DNA of 64,000 nt from Xanthobacteraceae bacterium (GCA_040510815.1 JBEVIH010000031.1:38033-102032), one strand, 5' to 3'. Shown: positions 17,601 to 26,261, numbered from the stretch's first letter. Numbers and translations: made by a program. The notes: generated from the sequence alone by a model not told the origin.

Positions 17601-18799
17601 AGCACGCCGCCCGAGGCATAGCGGTCGTGCAGCTGACGCAAGGTGAACGCGACCAGCGGCAGCACGTCGAGCGTCTTGGCGTCGCGCGCAATCGCCGTCA
17701 CCAAGGCATCTTCGGCACGCAGCCCGGCGACCCGCGCGGGACCTTGCACAATCAGGCCCAGCCGTTCGATCGGCATCGGGTTCAACAGGAAATGTTCGAA
17801 GCGGGCCGTAAGCCCTTCCGCGGTCTGAAGGTCGGGCAGATGATCGGCCCGCAAGGTCAGCACCGCGAGCGCGGGGTGATCGGCGGCGAGCAGCGCCGAC
17901 AACTGCTTGAAGAACGCAGCGCGCGTTTCCGCGGTTGCGCGCGTGAACAGCTCTTCGGCCTGGTCAATCGGGATGATCACCGTGGCCTGCGCCGCGCGGG
18001 CGGCTTGCCTGACCGCGTCGATCAGATCCAAGGCCGCCGGCGGGGTAACGGCCTCGTCGAAGCGCTGCCGTGACAGGCCGCTGTCGATCGCCTTAAATGC
18101 GTTGAACAGCTCCCGCAGCGGATCGACGCCGGGCCGGAACGCCGGCAAGACCAGGAAATTCTCCTTGTCGCGGGCGATGCGCGGAAGAACGCCGGCCTTG
18201 AGCAGCGAGGACTTGCCGGAGCCGGACCCGCCGACGACGGCGAAGATCTTGGCGCCGCCCTGCACGCGCCTGGCATTGAAGCGTTCGATGGCGCGGCGGA
18301 CCTCGTCGTCGCGGCCGAAGAAGATCGCCGCGTCGGCCGCCTCGAACGACATCAGGCCCGGATAGGGCGCGCGGCCCTTCTGCCAGTCGAACCCGCCTTG
18401 CGCATCGAGCGCCACCTCGCGCAGCCGGCGCGCCAGCCGCTCGAGGCCGCCCTCGCGGTTGCTGGTGAGATCGAGGTGCTGGATGTCGTTGGAGACGAAT
18501 TGCTCGCCGGCCGGGCTTTCGACGATGGCGAAGATAGCCTTGCCCAGGGCCCGCGCCTGGGCGAATTCGGCAAAGCACCACTTGGAGGCGAACCAATGCT
18601 TGGTGAGGATCAGAATGACGGCCTGCGAGCGCTCGAGCTCGCTGTAGAGCCGCCGCTCCCAATCGTCGCCCGGCGAGATGCCGGCTTGGTCGTCGAAATC
18701 GAGAAAAGACTTGTCGAAGCCGATCCCGTCCAACCATGCCTTCATGCGCTGGGCGGGCTCCCCATCGACGCTGGCATGGGAAATGAAGATGCGCGCCAC
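14666..18799 (-). CDS. TIR domain / STAND-type P-loop NTPase / coiled coil + predicted TM helix / WD40 beta-propeller protein
   Basis: 1377 aa, GTG start with GGAG upstream. TIR: IFISHAS..LILTKHWFASKWCFAEF (conserved Glu78). Pre-P-loop motif PYPGLMSFEAADAAIFFGRDDE. Walker A GGSGSGKS (aa 190-197). Walker B-like VIIPIDQAEE (aa 274-283). Charged coiled coil aa ~575-622. Hydrophobic AIAAAAIFAVLGAIAAALGGVAT (aa 624-646). WD-like blades such as GHTNGVTHLAWSPDGDQVVSAAADGTLRVWS, DGSIRIWD, DGEIRIWD, YVRVYD, RVYVWS. Confidence 0.9.
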   Translation of the reverse strand: MARIFISHASVDGEPAQRMKAWLDGIGFDKSFLDFDDQAGISPGDDWERRLYSELERSQAVILILTKHWFASKWCFAEFAQARALGKAIFAIVESPAGEQFVSNDIQHLDLTSNREGGLERLARRLREVALDAQGGFDWQKGRAPYPGLMSFEAADAAIFFGRDDEVRRAIERFNARRVQGGAKIFAVVGGSGSGKSSLLKAGVLPRIARDKENFLVLPAFRPGVDPLRELFNAFKAIDSGLSRQRFDEAVTPPAALDLIDAVRQAARAAQATVIIPIDQAEELFTRATAETRAAFFKQLSALLAADHPALAVLTLRADHLPDLQTAEGLTARFEHFLLNPMPIERLGLIVQGPARVAGLRAEDALVTAIARDAKTLDVLPLVAFTLRQLHDRYASGGVLMAIHYEALRDGPLSPLEVVVRDAAKATLDVANPSAEELAALREAFVPALVKVNDEGGFVRDEAELDALPPPAQRLLRCLADARLLVIAPDDDGTTHVEVAHEAIFRVWQLLAGWLEEEREFLIGRSRIEKAREDYARLGGGEQVKGLLSGILLERAKAWLAAHPARFSADEAAYIKASADEAQRLEAERAAERERLRQAELARAKAETERATERAETARRWQRRAIAAAAIFAVLGAIAAALGGVATKFWQTAEQARKEAQASLWLVRSRSDLNDGQVASAIDHAARAFKELPSEASRSALAAAVFEVSPHLRATFDIAANGAEAIAWGSRDAVVFAPAKVGGALRTLDLSQAGRGRAGADWPMPRLTRAQDGNRATVRAMRGLGSDRVVAVLDNGAVVLTERGATAGQAWTPASAAKSLQAGAHAVAIGARGTLIATASIDGDVTILECAIPAARQTAPQCRERPLADARGRAVAISPDETRIAVADANGLVSIHDRAGLRLGESIKVGGTLLALGWAAAADWLAAGNANGDIVIVDAGDPARPVIAKPSLAGAPITTLAWSSQGLDLAFACEGGPVCLWSGAVDAKGAASFTPVRRFEGHTNGVTHLAWSPDGDQVVSAAADGTLRVWSVAQDADAGFVLYAETSAQLTKVATSLDGRWLAAGAKDGSIRIWDAAAGSLSRTIRSSNESEVAALAWAQSGLLAAAHDSRGITLIPPNAAQPAQEIDIDTDQDTRIVFAQHDRSIAMPLHSDKRVVLIEVAAFGTRAQHYLEPIGSDQAPWGLAVDPSGQTLFVSYTDSDGEIRIWDLATRKPMGSMDYTLAEKRDPVAAGSLAVSRDGRWLATSGGDSYVRVYDIARKRTWRALPMDMTTDGPRAVVFSPDGSKLAALGSENRVYVWSLREDGAERYAVFGALPRRSAVADAKDRERAATWLAWIGNDAIALATTESAINVIGLDPAKWQRRIEALAPVSIASQN

Positions 18800-19000
18800 G
18801 CTGCGCTCCGTGGGCCTCTCGTCGGCGGAATTTCAGAGCATTGTACCGTAGCCGTGCAAAAACGGCCAACCGCGCCTGCTTCGAACCGGCTGTCGCGGCG
18901 CAGGTGCATGCGGCCGCCTTTCCGGCGCGGCGCTTGCCATGGCCGCACTGCAAATGATTAACCTTCGGCGGCCTGCCAGGTGCCCGGGGAAGGAACGCCG

Positions 19001-20644
19001 ATGACCAAGCCGCTACGAGGCGCCGATATCGTGGCTCGGTCGCTCGCCCGCCTCGGCTGCAAGCACGTGTTTACCCTGTCGGGCAATCACATCATGTCGA
19101 TCTTCGATGCCGCGCTCGAGGCGAAGCTCGATCTCGTGCATGTGCGCCACGAGGCGGCCGCGGTCCACATGGCCGATGCCTGGGGACGCCTCACCGGCGA
19201 CGCCGGGATCGCCCTGGTCACCGGAGGGCCCGGCCACGCCAACGCGGTCGGCGCGCTGTTCACCGCGCTCGGCGCCGAATCGCCGATGGTGCTGCTGTCG
19301 GGGCATGCCGCCACATGGGAGCTCGGGCGCGGCGGCTTCCAGGAAATCCGCCAGGCCGACATGGCGGCTCCCGTCACCAAGGCGTCGTGGATGGCGACGG
19401 CGGCGGCGACCCTGGGCCACGAGCTCGACAAGGCGATCCGGATCGCAAACTCCGGGCGGCCCGGCCCGGTGCATTTAAGCTTGCCATCGGACCTGCTCGA
19501 GGAGCGGGTCGAAAGCAACGCGATCGTCTGGCCGGATACGCGGAGGATCGCCGCGCCGGCGCCGGCGCTCGCAGCGCCGGTTGCCGATGCCGTGCTCGCG
19601 GCCATCGCCGATGCCGAACGGCCGCTCATCCTTGCAGGCCCTCACCTATCGAGCCCCGGCGGGCGCGCCCTCATCGACAGGCTGGAGATTGCGGTCAAGG
19701 CGCCGGTCGTGATCATGGAGAGCCCGCGCGGCATCGCCGATGCCACGCTCGGGGCGTTCCCGGACCTGGTGCGGCGCGCCGATCTGATCGTGCTCATCGG
19801 CAAGGCGCTGGACTTCACGACCCGATGGGCATCGCCTCCAGCCTTCGATCCCGGCGTGCGGCTGATCGCGATCGATCCCGAGGCGGCGCTGGTGGAGCGC
19901 GCCGCCAACGAGGCGGGTGACCGGCTGCTCCTGGGCGCCATCGCCGACGTCCGCAGCGCCGCCGAGACGCTCATCGCCCGCGCCGCGATGGTCAAGACGC
20001 GCGACGGCGATTGGCTCAGCGAGGCCCGTGCCGCGCTCGACTATCGGCCCGACACGTGGGCCACGGTCGCTGCCAAGACCGCGGGCCGGTTGCACCCGGC
20101 CGAAGTCTTCCGCGCCTTGCGTCCTTATATCGCACGACATGCAGACACGGTTCTCATTTGCGACGGCGGCGAGTTTGCCCAGTGGGGCCAGAGCATGCTG
20201 CCCGTGCGCCGCCGCCTGGTGAACGGCGTCGCCGGCGCCATCGGCGGCTCGCTGTCGTTTGCGCTCTCGGCCCGGCTCATCGAGCCCAAGGCGCCGGTCT
20301 TTGCCGTGCTTGGAGACGGCACCATCGGCTTCCACCTTGCCGAATTCGAAACCGCCGTGCGACGGCGGCTGCCCTTCGTCGCCGTGCTCGGCAACGACGC
20401 CTGCTGGAACGCCGAGAGCCAAATTCAGCTCAGGGAGTACGGCCGCGAGCGCATGCATGGCTGCGAGCTGCTGCCGGCCCGCTACGACCAGGTGGTCACA
20501 GCGCTCGGCGGCCACGGCGAATTCGTCGACAATGCCGCCGACCTGCCGGGCGCGATCGAGCGCTCGCTGGCCAGTGGAAAGCCTGCCTGCATCAACGTCA
20601 TGGTGGAGAGCATCGCCGCGCCGGTGGTCCGCCGGCCCGGCTGA
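19001..20644 (+). CDS. thiamine-pyrophosphate-dependent enzyme (acetolactate synthase / oxalyl-CoA decarboxylase superfamily)
   Basis: N-terminal GADIVARSLARLGCKHVFTLSGNHI and the TPP-binding motif GDGTIGFHLAEFETAVRRRLPFVAVLGNDACWN. ATG at 19001 follows GGAAGGA. Confidence 0.85.
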   Translation: MTKPLRGADIVARSLARLGCKHVFTLSGNHIMSIFDAALEAKLDLVHVRHEAAAVHMADAWGRLTGDAGIALVTGGPGHANAVGALFTALGAESPMVLLSGHAATWELGRGGFQEIRQADMAAPVTKASWMATAAATLGHELDKAIRIANSGRPGPVHLSLPSDLLEERVESNAIVWPDTRRIAAPAPALAAPVADAVLAAIADAERPLILAGPHLSSPGGRALIDRLEIAVKAPVVIMESPRGIADATLGAFPDLVRRADLIVLIGKALDFTTRWASPPAFDPGVRLIAIDPEAALVERAANEAGDRLLLGAIADVRSAAETLIARAAMVKTRDGDWLSEARAALDYRPDTWATVAAKTAGRLHPAEVFRALRPYIARHADTVLICDGGEFAQWGQSMLPVRRRLVNGVAGAIGGSLSFALSARLIEPKAPVFAVLGDGTIGFHLAEFETAVRRRLPFVAVLGNDACWNAESQIQLREYGRERMHGCELLPARYDQVVTALGGHGEFVDNAADLPGAIERSLASGKPACINVMVESIAAPVVRRPG

Positions 20645-20659
20645 CGCGCGTTCGGAGGG

Positions 20660-20692
20660 CGCCGGGGACGGCGCTGGGCTCTGTCCCCGGCG
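20660..20692. terminator. perfect 10-bp GC hairpin between convergent genes
   Basis: cgccggggac / gtccccggcg with a 13-nt loop, located between the TPP-enzyme stop (20644) and the PDZ-protein stop (20744). The T tract is weak. Confidence 0.35.
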
Positions 20693-20743
20693 TGCGTTCC
20701 AGCCGGATGCGTGACAATGCCGGAGGAACGCCCCTTACCCCGG

Positions 20744-21550
20744 TCAGGCGCGAGCGATCGGAATGGCGACGAACTTCGTCGCCTCGTCCGACTTCAACCG
20801 CATCAGCACCGCGCGCTTGCCATTCATTTGGGCGTCCCTGATGGCATTGCGCACGTCGACCGGGGTAACGACCTTTTTCCCGCCAACATCCAGGATGATG
20901 TCGCCAGCCTTGAAGCCGTGTCCGGAGGCAAGACCGTTGGGATCGATGTCGATCACGACGACGCCTTCGGAGCCGCTGCCCGCGACATGTTCAGCGGAAG
21001 CCAGTATCAAGCCGAGCTTTGGCACGTCGGTGCCGCTTGTGCCGGGCTGCGGTGTCGCGACGGGGCGGACCGCGTGCTGCTTCGGCATGTCGCTGAGCGT
21101 CAGCGAGACGCTCTTCTCGGCGCCCTCGCGCCAAATCGTGACGTTCACCGCGGCGCCGGGGGCCATGCTGGAAATCTGCATGGCGAGGTCGCGGGCATCC
21201 TTGACCGGATTATCGTTGAGGGCGGTGATGACATCGCCGGACAGGATGCCGGCTTTGGCGGCGGGGCTATCGGCCATCGGTTCGGCAACCAACGCGCCTT
21301 TGCTGTCCTTCATGCCGAGGCTTTCAGCGATGGCGGAGGTGACCGGCTGAATCTGGACACCAATCCAGCCGCGGCCAAGGCTTGACGCGCCCTCCGCGGC
21401 ATTTGCTGCGGGGAAGGTGGGAAGTACCGATTGGCGGAAGCCATCCGGCCCGAATAAAAGCGCGGCGATCGCGAGATTGGCGGCAGCGGCAAGAAGGATA
21501 AGGCGCCGCACGGAAGCGCCGTGTCCCGGTTTGCATTGCAGGGTCATCAT
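20744..21550 (-). CDS. tandem-PDZ domain protein (HtrA/DegP C-terminal-like, no protease domain)
   Basis: Signal/anchor RRLILLAAAANLAIAALLF, then two PDZ-like units (GWIGVQIQPVTSAIAESLGMKDSKGALV..AAKAGILSGDVITALN; GVVVIDIDPNGLASGHGFKAGDIILDVGGKKV). No His-Asp-Ser trypsin-like region is present. Confidence 0.75.
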   Translation of the reverse strand: MMTLQCKPGHGASVRRLILLAAAANLAIAALLFGPDGFRQSVLPTFPAANAAEGASSLGRGWIGVQIQPVTSAIAESLGMKDSKGALVAEPMADSPAAKAGILSGDVITALNDNPVKDARDLAMQISSMAPGAAVNVTIWREGAEKSVSLTLSDMPKQHAVRPVATPQPGTSGTDVPKLGLILASAEHVAGSGSEGVVVIDIDPNGLASGHGFKAGDIILDVGGKKVVTPVDVRNAIRDAQMNGKRAVLMRLKSDEATKFVAIPIARA

Positions 21551-21752
21551 GATGCTTGCATCTCCGTTCGATTGATGGCGCCGGCGGCGCCGTGTTGGCC
21601 GGCTAAATGGGGGCGACGGCATTACTTCGAGGTGGCCGTGGAATTAATATTTGGCAATCAATCGCGGCTTGAACGTGCCGCGTTGCCTGCAATCCAAGGA
21701 CAGCAAGAAATTGACCCGGCCTGCCGCCGCCAAATTCGTCATTTTTTTCTTC

Positions 21753-21804
21753 ATGCCGCACGCCAAAGAGATGGCGGAATGCCGCACCCCAAAGAGATGG
21801 CGGA
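21753..21804. repeat. 26-bp tandem direct repeat, 2 copies (ATGCCGCACsCCAAAGAGATGGCGGA)
   Basis: Read directly: copies at 21753-21778 and 21779-21804 differ at one base. The 26-nt period is not a multiple of 3. It lies in the intergenic region about 180 bp upstream of the TctC gene. Confidence 0.9.
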
Positions 21805-21981
21805 GGGACCAGAGACTTTTCGCGTATCAGGTGTCGGAGCACCCACATGCAGCTTGTGGCTGGCTGCGTGCGTGACAAAACTCTGTCTTGCAAGGCCAGA
21901 AAACGTAGATATTCGCCCCGGTCCGAGACTCATCTGGGGAATCCCGGGATACAATGACGGACCAACGCGGAGGAGCCTAAG

Positions 21982-22959
21982 ATGATGAGAGCCCTGCTTG
22001 CGGCATCGCTATGCGCCGGATGGGCGCTGCACGGCATCGACACCGCGCACGCCCAAGCCTATCCCAACCGGCCGATCCGGATGGTCGTGCCGTTCCCGGC
22101 CGGCGGCCCGACCGACGGCATCGCGCGCATCATCTCGGACCGGCTCGGGGCCGTCCTCGGCCAAACCGTCGTGGTCGAGAACCGCGGCGGCGGCGCCGGC
22201 GGCAGCATCGGCGCCAAGGCGGTCGCCACCGCCGATCCCGACGGCTACACCATCCTGATCACGCCCGGCGGCTCGCTGACCACCGGCCCGGCCGTGCACA
22301 GCAATATCGGCTACGATCCGGTCAAGGCGTTCGTGCCGGTCTGCCAGGTGATCGACACCCCCCAGGTCATGGCCGTGCACCGCGACCTGCCGGTGAAGAC
22401 GCCGGCGGAGGTGGTGGCCTACGCCAAGGCCAATCCCGGCAAGGTCAGCTGGGGCTCCCAGGGCTTCGGGACCGCCCCGCACCTGCTCGCCGAATTGTTC
22501 AAGCTCGAAACCGGCGCCAATATCGTGCATGTGCCCTATCGCGGGACGGCGCCGATGCTCGCGGCCGTCGTGGCGGGCGAAGTCCAGATCGTCATCGACC
22601 CGCTGACCACGGTCCTGCCGCACATCCAATCCGGCGCGCTGCGCGCGCTGGCGGTTACCCATGCGCAGCGCAGCCCTAAATTGCCGGACGTGCCGACCGT
22701 ATCGGAGGCGGGCTTCCCCAAGCTGCAGGCGACGTTCTGGCTGGGCGTGGTGGCGCCGGCCGGCACTCCGCCCGAGATCATCAACAAGCTCAACGCCGCC
22801 TTCCGCGACAGCCTCGCCCCGCCGGAAACACGTGCGCGACTCGCCACGCTCGGCGCCGACATCAAGATCGGCACGCCGGCCGAATTCGAAAAGATGCTCG
22901 CCGACGAGCTCGCGAAGTGGACCGCCATCGTCAAGGCCGCCAACATCAAGGTGGAATGA
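21982..22959 (+). CDS. Bug/TctC-family tripartite tricarboxylate transporter substrate-binding protein
   Basis: Signal peptide followed by the hallmark YPNRPIRMVVPFPAGGPTDGIAR, later GYTILITPGG and VPYRGTAP. GGAGGAG RBS. Confidence 0.9.
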   Translation: MMRALLAASLCAGWALHGIDTAHAQAYPNRPIRMVVPFPAGGPTDGIARIISDRLGAVLGQTVVVENRGGGAGGSIGAKAVATADPDGYTILITPGGSLTTGPAVHSNIGYDPVKAFVPVCQVIDTPQVMAVHRDLPVKTPAEVVAYAKANPGKVSWGSQGFGTAPHLLAELFKLETGANIVHVPYRGTAPMLAAVVAGEVQIVIDPLTTVLPHIQSGALRALAVTHAQRSPKLPDVPTVSEAGFPKLQATFWLGVVAPAGTPPEIINKLNAAFRDSLAPPETRARLATLGADIKIGTPAEFEKMLADELAKWTAIVKAANIKVE

Positions 22960-23038
22960 CAACTCGAGGGATCTGGCGCCTCCTTTTCACGAAGTAGGCG
23001 CCCGCCCCTTCGGCATCGGTACCAAGAGTCTCACCGCC

Positions 23039-24190
23039 ATGTTCCGTCATGACACGCCCGCCGAAGCCGAATTCCGCATTGAGGTGCGGACTTGGCTGGA
23101 GGCCAATCTCCCGGTTGCGTTGCGTGGGCGCACGGCGCGGCCGCCGCCCGCGGAGCTGATGCCTTGGTATCAGACCCTCTCGCGCAAAGGCTGGGTTGCG
23201 CCGCATTGGCCCAGGCAATATGGCGGCATGGGGGCCACCCTCAACGAGCAGATCATCATGACCGAGGAGCTGGCGCGCATCGGCGCGCCGCAGCTGCCGG
23301 CGCAAGGCCTCAATCACATCGGCCCGCTCCTCATGGAGTTCGGATGCGACGCTCAGAAAGCGCAACATCTGCCGCCCATCATTGCGGGCACCGTGATCTG
23401 GGCGCAGGGCTATTCCGAGCCGGGCGCGGGCTCCGACCTTGCCAGCCTTGCGACCCGCGCAACGCTGGAGGGCGATCATTTCGTGGTGCGGGGGCAAAAG
23501 ATCTGGACCACCTGGGCGCATCATTCGGACTGGATGTTCGCGCTGGTGCGGACCGATCCGCAGGCCCAGCCGCGGCAGGCCGGCATCAGCTTCCTGCTGC
23601 TTGATCTGCGCAGCCCAGGCATCAGGGTCAGGCCGATCAAGACGATCGCGGGCGATGATGAGTTCGCCGAGGTGTTCTTCGACGATGTGATCGTGCCGGC
23701 CGAAAACCTGGTCGGAAAGCTGCATGACGGCTGGCACATCGCAAATGCGTTGCTGGGACATGAGCGCCTGGCGACCTCGAACCCGCAATTCGCATTGATG
23801 GCGCTCGAGCGCATCAGGACGATGGCGCGCGCTTCGGGACTCATGGCGGACCCGGCGTTTCAGGATCGGCTCGCGGCAGTCAGCATCGACGTCACGGCGT
23901 TGTCGGCGCTGTTCAGTCATGCGGTGGAGCTCAGCAATCAGGAGCGCAGCCCGGGGCCGGAAGCCTCGATGATCAAGATTTTCGGGTCCGAGCTGCTGCA
24001 GGCGCTCAACGACCTGTTGATCGAGACGGCCGGCGGCCACGCGCCGACCGACAAGCCGATCGCGACCGATTTCGGCGAGGTGGATGTCGCCGCCCCGTTC
24101 CTCCAGTCGCGGCGTGTGACAATCTATGGCGGTTCATCGGAAATCCAGCGCAACGTCCTCGCCCGCCGCGTGCTGAACCTGCCAAGCTGA
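23039..24190 (+). CDS. acyl-CoA dehydrogenase
   Basis: The true start is the internal ATG (MFRHDTPAEAEFRIEVRTWL). Motifs WAQGYSEPGAGSDLASL, KIWTTWAH and C-terminal TIYGGSSEIQRNVLARRVL. Confidence 0.85.
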   Translation: MFRHDTPAEAEFRIEVRTWLEANLPVALRGRTARPPPAELMPWYQTLSRKGWVAPHWPRQYGGMGATLNEQIIMTEELARIGAPQLPAQGLNHIGPLLMEFGCDAQKAQHLPPIIAGTVIWAQGYSEPGAGSDLASLATRATLEGDHFVVRGQKIWTTWAHHSDWMFALVRTDPQAQPRQAGISFLLLDLRSPGIRVRPIKTIAGDDEFAEVFFDDVIVPAENLVGKLHDGWHIANALLGHERLATSNPQFALMALERIRTMARASGLMADPAFQDRLAAVSIDVTALSALFSHAVELSNQERSPGPEASMIKIFGSELLQALNDLLIETAGGHAPTDKPIATDFGEVDVAAPFLQSRRVTIYGGSSEIQRNVLARRVLNLPS

Positions 24191-24211
24191 CGGACGGCAC
24201 GATAGTCGCTC

Positions 24212-25306
24212 ATGGACCTGCATCTGACATCGGAGCAGACTCTGTTGCGCGACAGCGCCGCCAAATTCATCGCGGCGGCGGGAGCGAAGGTGGCGCGTGG
24301 ATTTCGCGAGCAGGATCCGAGCTTCGCGCCGGCACGTCTGCGGCAGGCGGGGGAGCTCGGATGGCTTGGCATCCTCGTTCCGAATTCCGCGAACGGCGCG
24401 GGTCTCGGCCTCACCGAGCTCGCCCTGGTGCTCGAGCAGGCCGGCCGGGGGCTCGTCTGCGAGCCAATTGGGCTGGCGGCGATTTCCGCTGCCGCCCTGG
24501 CGCAGGGGCATTCGCCGCATCCGATGCTGGGGCGGGTGATGGCGGGCGAGGCGCTGGTCGTTCCGGCGCTGCAGGAGAACGTCCAGGGCGACGACCCGCT
24601 TGCACCGCGCACGCGCGTAGCCGGGCAGGACGGAGCGCTACTTTTGACCGGCAGGAAGATGTTCGTCTGCGCCGGCGGCGCCGACGGCTTTCTCGTCAGC
24701 GCCAGCGGACGCGATGGACCGACACTGTACTATGTGGCGCGCAATGCGCCCGGCTGCATGCTGACGACGACGCAGACGGTGGAGGGCCGCAAGCTCTCGA
24801 CGCTCCGCCTCGAAGATGCGCCGGCCGATCTCGTTCCATCGCGTCAGTCCTCGAGGAATGCGGTGGATGCGCTCCACAATCTCGCGCTCATCGCGCTGTC
24901 GGCCGAATTGCTCGGCGTGATGGAAAAGGCGCAAGAGATCACATTCGAGTACCTGCGCATCCGCAAGCAGTTCGGAAAGCTGATCGGCAGCTTCCAGGCG
25001 CTGCAGCACCAGGCGGTCGACCTCTATATCCGGACCGAGACGACCCGGTCCCTGGTGTTTCAGGTCGCGGCCAACAATGATCCCTATCGCATCGACCCCG
25101 CGCTGGCCGTCGCCGTGAAGGCCAAGGCGTCGGACGACGCGCTGTTTGTCACCAAGGCCTGTATCCAGCTTCACGGCGCGATCGGATTCACCGATGAGCA
25201 CGACATCGGCCTCTATCTCAAGCGGGCGATGCTGCTGTCGTCGCTGTTCGGGAACGCGGCGGCGCAGCGGCGCCGCTACGTCGCAATCGCCGGCCTCAAC
25301 GCGTAG
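24212..25306 (+). CDS. acyl-CoA dehydrogenase family protein (partner-subunit-like)
   Basis: ACAD fold motifs with C-terminal QLHGAIGFTDEHDIGLYLKRA, but no YxGxxEIQ tail. It is adjacent to and co-oriented with the first ACAD. Confidence 0.8.
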   Translation: MDLHLTSEQTLLRDSAAKFIAAAGAKVARGFREQDPSFAPARLRQAGELGWLGILVPNSANGAGLGLTELALVLEQAGRGLVCEPIGLAAISAAALAQGHSPHPMLGRVMAGEALVVPALQENVQGDDPLAPRTRVAGQDGALLLTGRKMFVCAGGADGFLVSASGRDGPTLYYVARNAPGCMLTTTQTVEGRKLSTLRLEDAPADLVPSRQSSRNAVDALHNLALIALSAELLGVMEKAQEITFEYLRIRKQFGKLIGSFQALQHQAVDLYIRTETTRSLVFQVAANNDPYRIDPALAVAVKAKASDDALFVTKACIQLHGAIGFTDEHDIGLYLKRAMLLSSLFGNAAAQRRRYVAIAGLNA

Positions 25307-25347
25307 TGCGAGAGCACTGCCATGCGCCCTTCAACCAGGAGTCATTC

Positions 25348-26130
25348 ATGAGTGAAGAGCAAACGGTCACCTACGAGCTGGAGGGAGAGATCGCCCTTGT
25401 CGGCCTCAACCGTCCTGACAAGCGCAACTGCTTCAATCCGACCGTGATGAAGCAGTTGCGCGAGGCCATCGATCGCGCCGGCGAGGAGGCGAAGTGCGGC
25501 ATCATCTTCGGCCATGGCGACAACTTCTGCGCCGGGCTCGACCTGCGTTGGGCGGCGGAAAACTGGAAGACCGGGCGCTCGCAACGGCTGCCGTTCCCGT
25601 TCAATCGCAACACCTATTTTGAAGCGATGGCGCGCGGCAACATTCCCTTTATAGCTGCGCTGCACGGCGCGACCTTGGGCGGGGGGCTCGAGACCGCCGC
25701 GGCCGCGCATATCCGCGTCGCGGACGAAACGACGTTCTTCGCTCTGCCCGAGGGAACTCGCGGCATCTTCATCGGCGGCGGCGGCTCGGTTCGCGTGGCG
25801 AGGCTGCTCGGCTTTGCCCGCATGCAGGACATGATGCTCACCGGCCGGGTGCTCAAAGTCGACGAAGCCGAGCGCTACGGCATCGTGCAGTATATCGTGC
25901 CGAAGGGGCAGGCGATGGCCAAGGCCAAAGAGCTGGCGTTGAAAATCTGCAAGAACGCGCCCTTGTCGAACTTCGCGATCACCAACAGCCTGCCGCGCAT
26001 CCAGGACATGTCCTACGACGATGGCTTGTTCTTCGAACGCATGGTGGCGGAATACACCCGCAGCCCCGAGTCGATCGAGCGGCTGAACCAGTTCCTCGAC
26101 AAGAGCGCGCCGCGGGTGCGGCCGGACTAG
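25348..26130 (+). CDS. enoyl-CoA hydratase/isomerase (crotonase) family protein
   Basis: IALVGLNRPDKRNCF, FCAGLDL and ALHGATLGGGLE motifs. AGGAG lies 7 nt upstream of the ATG at 25348. Confidence 0.85.
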   Translation: MSEEQTVTYELEGEIALVGLNRPDKRNCFNPTVMKQLREAIDRAGEEAKCGIIFGHGDNFCAGLDLRWAAENWKTGRSQRLPFPFNRNTYFEAMARGNIPFIAALHGATLGGGLETAAAAHIRVADETTFFALPEGTRGIFIGGGGSVRVARLLGFARMQDMMLTGRVLKVDEAERYGIVQYIVPKGQAMAKAKELALKICKNAPLSNFAITNSLPRIQDMSYDDGLFFERMVAEYTRSPESIERLNQFLDKSAPRVRPD

Positions 26131-26261
26131 CGCATGTCCCGGAAAAGTGGGAACCGGTTTTCCGAAAAGGACATGCGCCAATCAAATGAAGCTGGCGCGC
26201 CATCTCGGAGACGCGCGACCGCCGGGACGCGGAGCATTCACGAATACAACGGGAGTGAACG

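Noticed and set aside
14273-18073. 1266-aa ORF on the plus strand, the second-longest in the track
   Set aside because: It lies entirely antisense to the TIR-STAND-WD40 gene. Its translation is Arg/Gly/Ala/Asp-rich low complexity with no motif. The minus-strand frame carries clear TIR, Walker A/B and WD motifs. This is a typical stop-free antisense frame in high-GC DNA.
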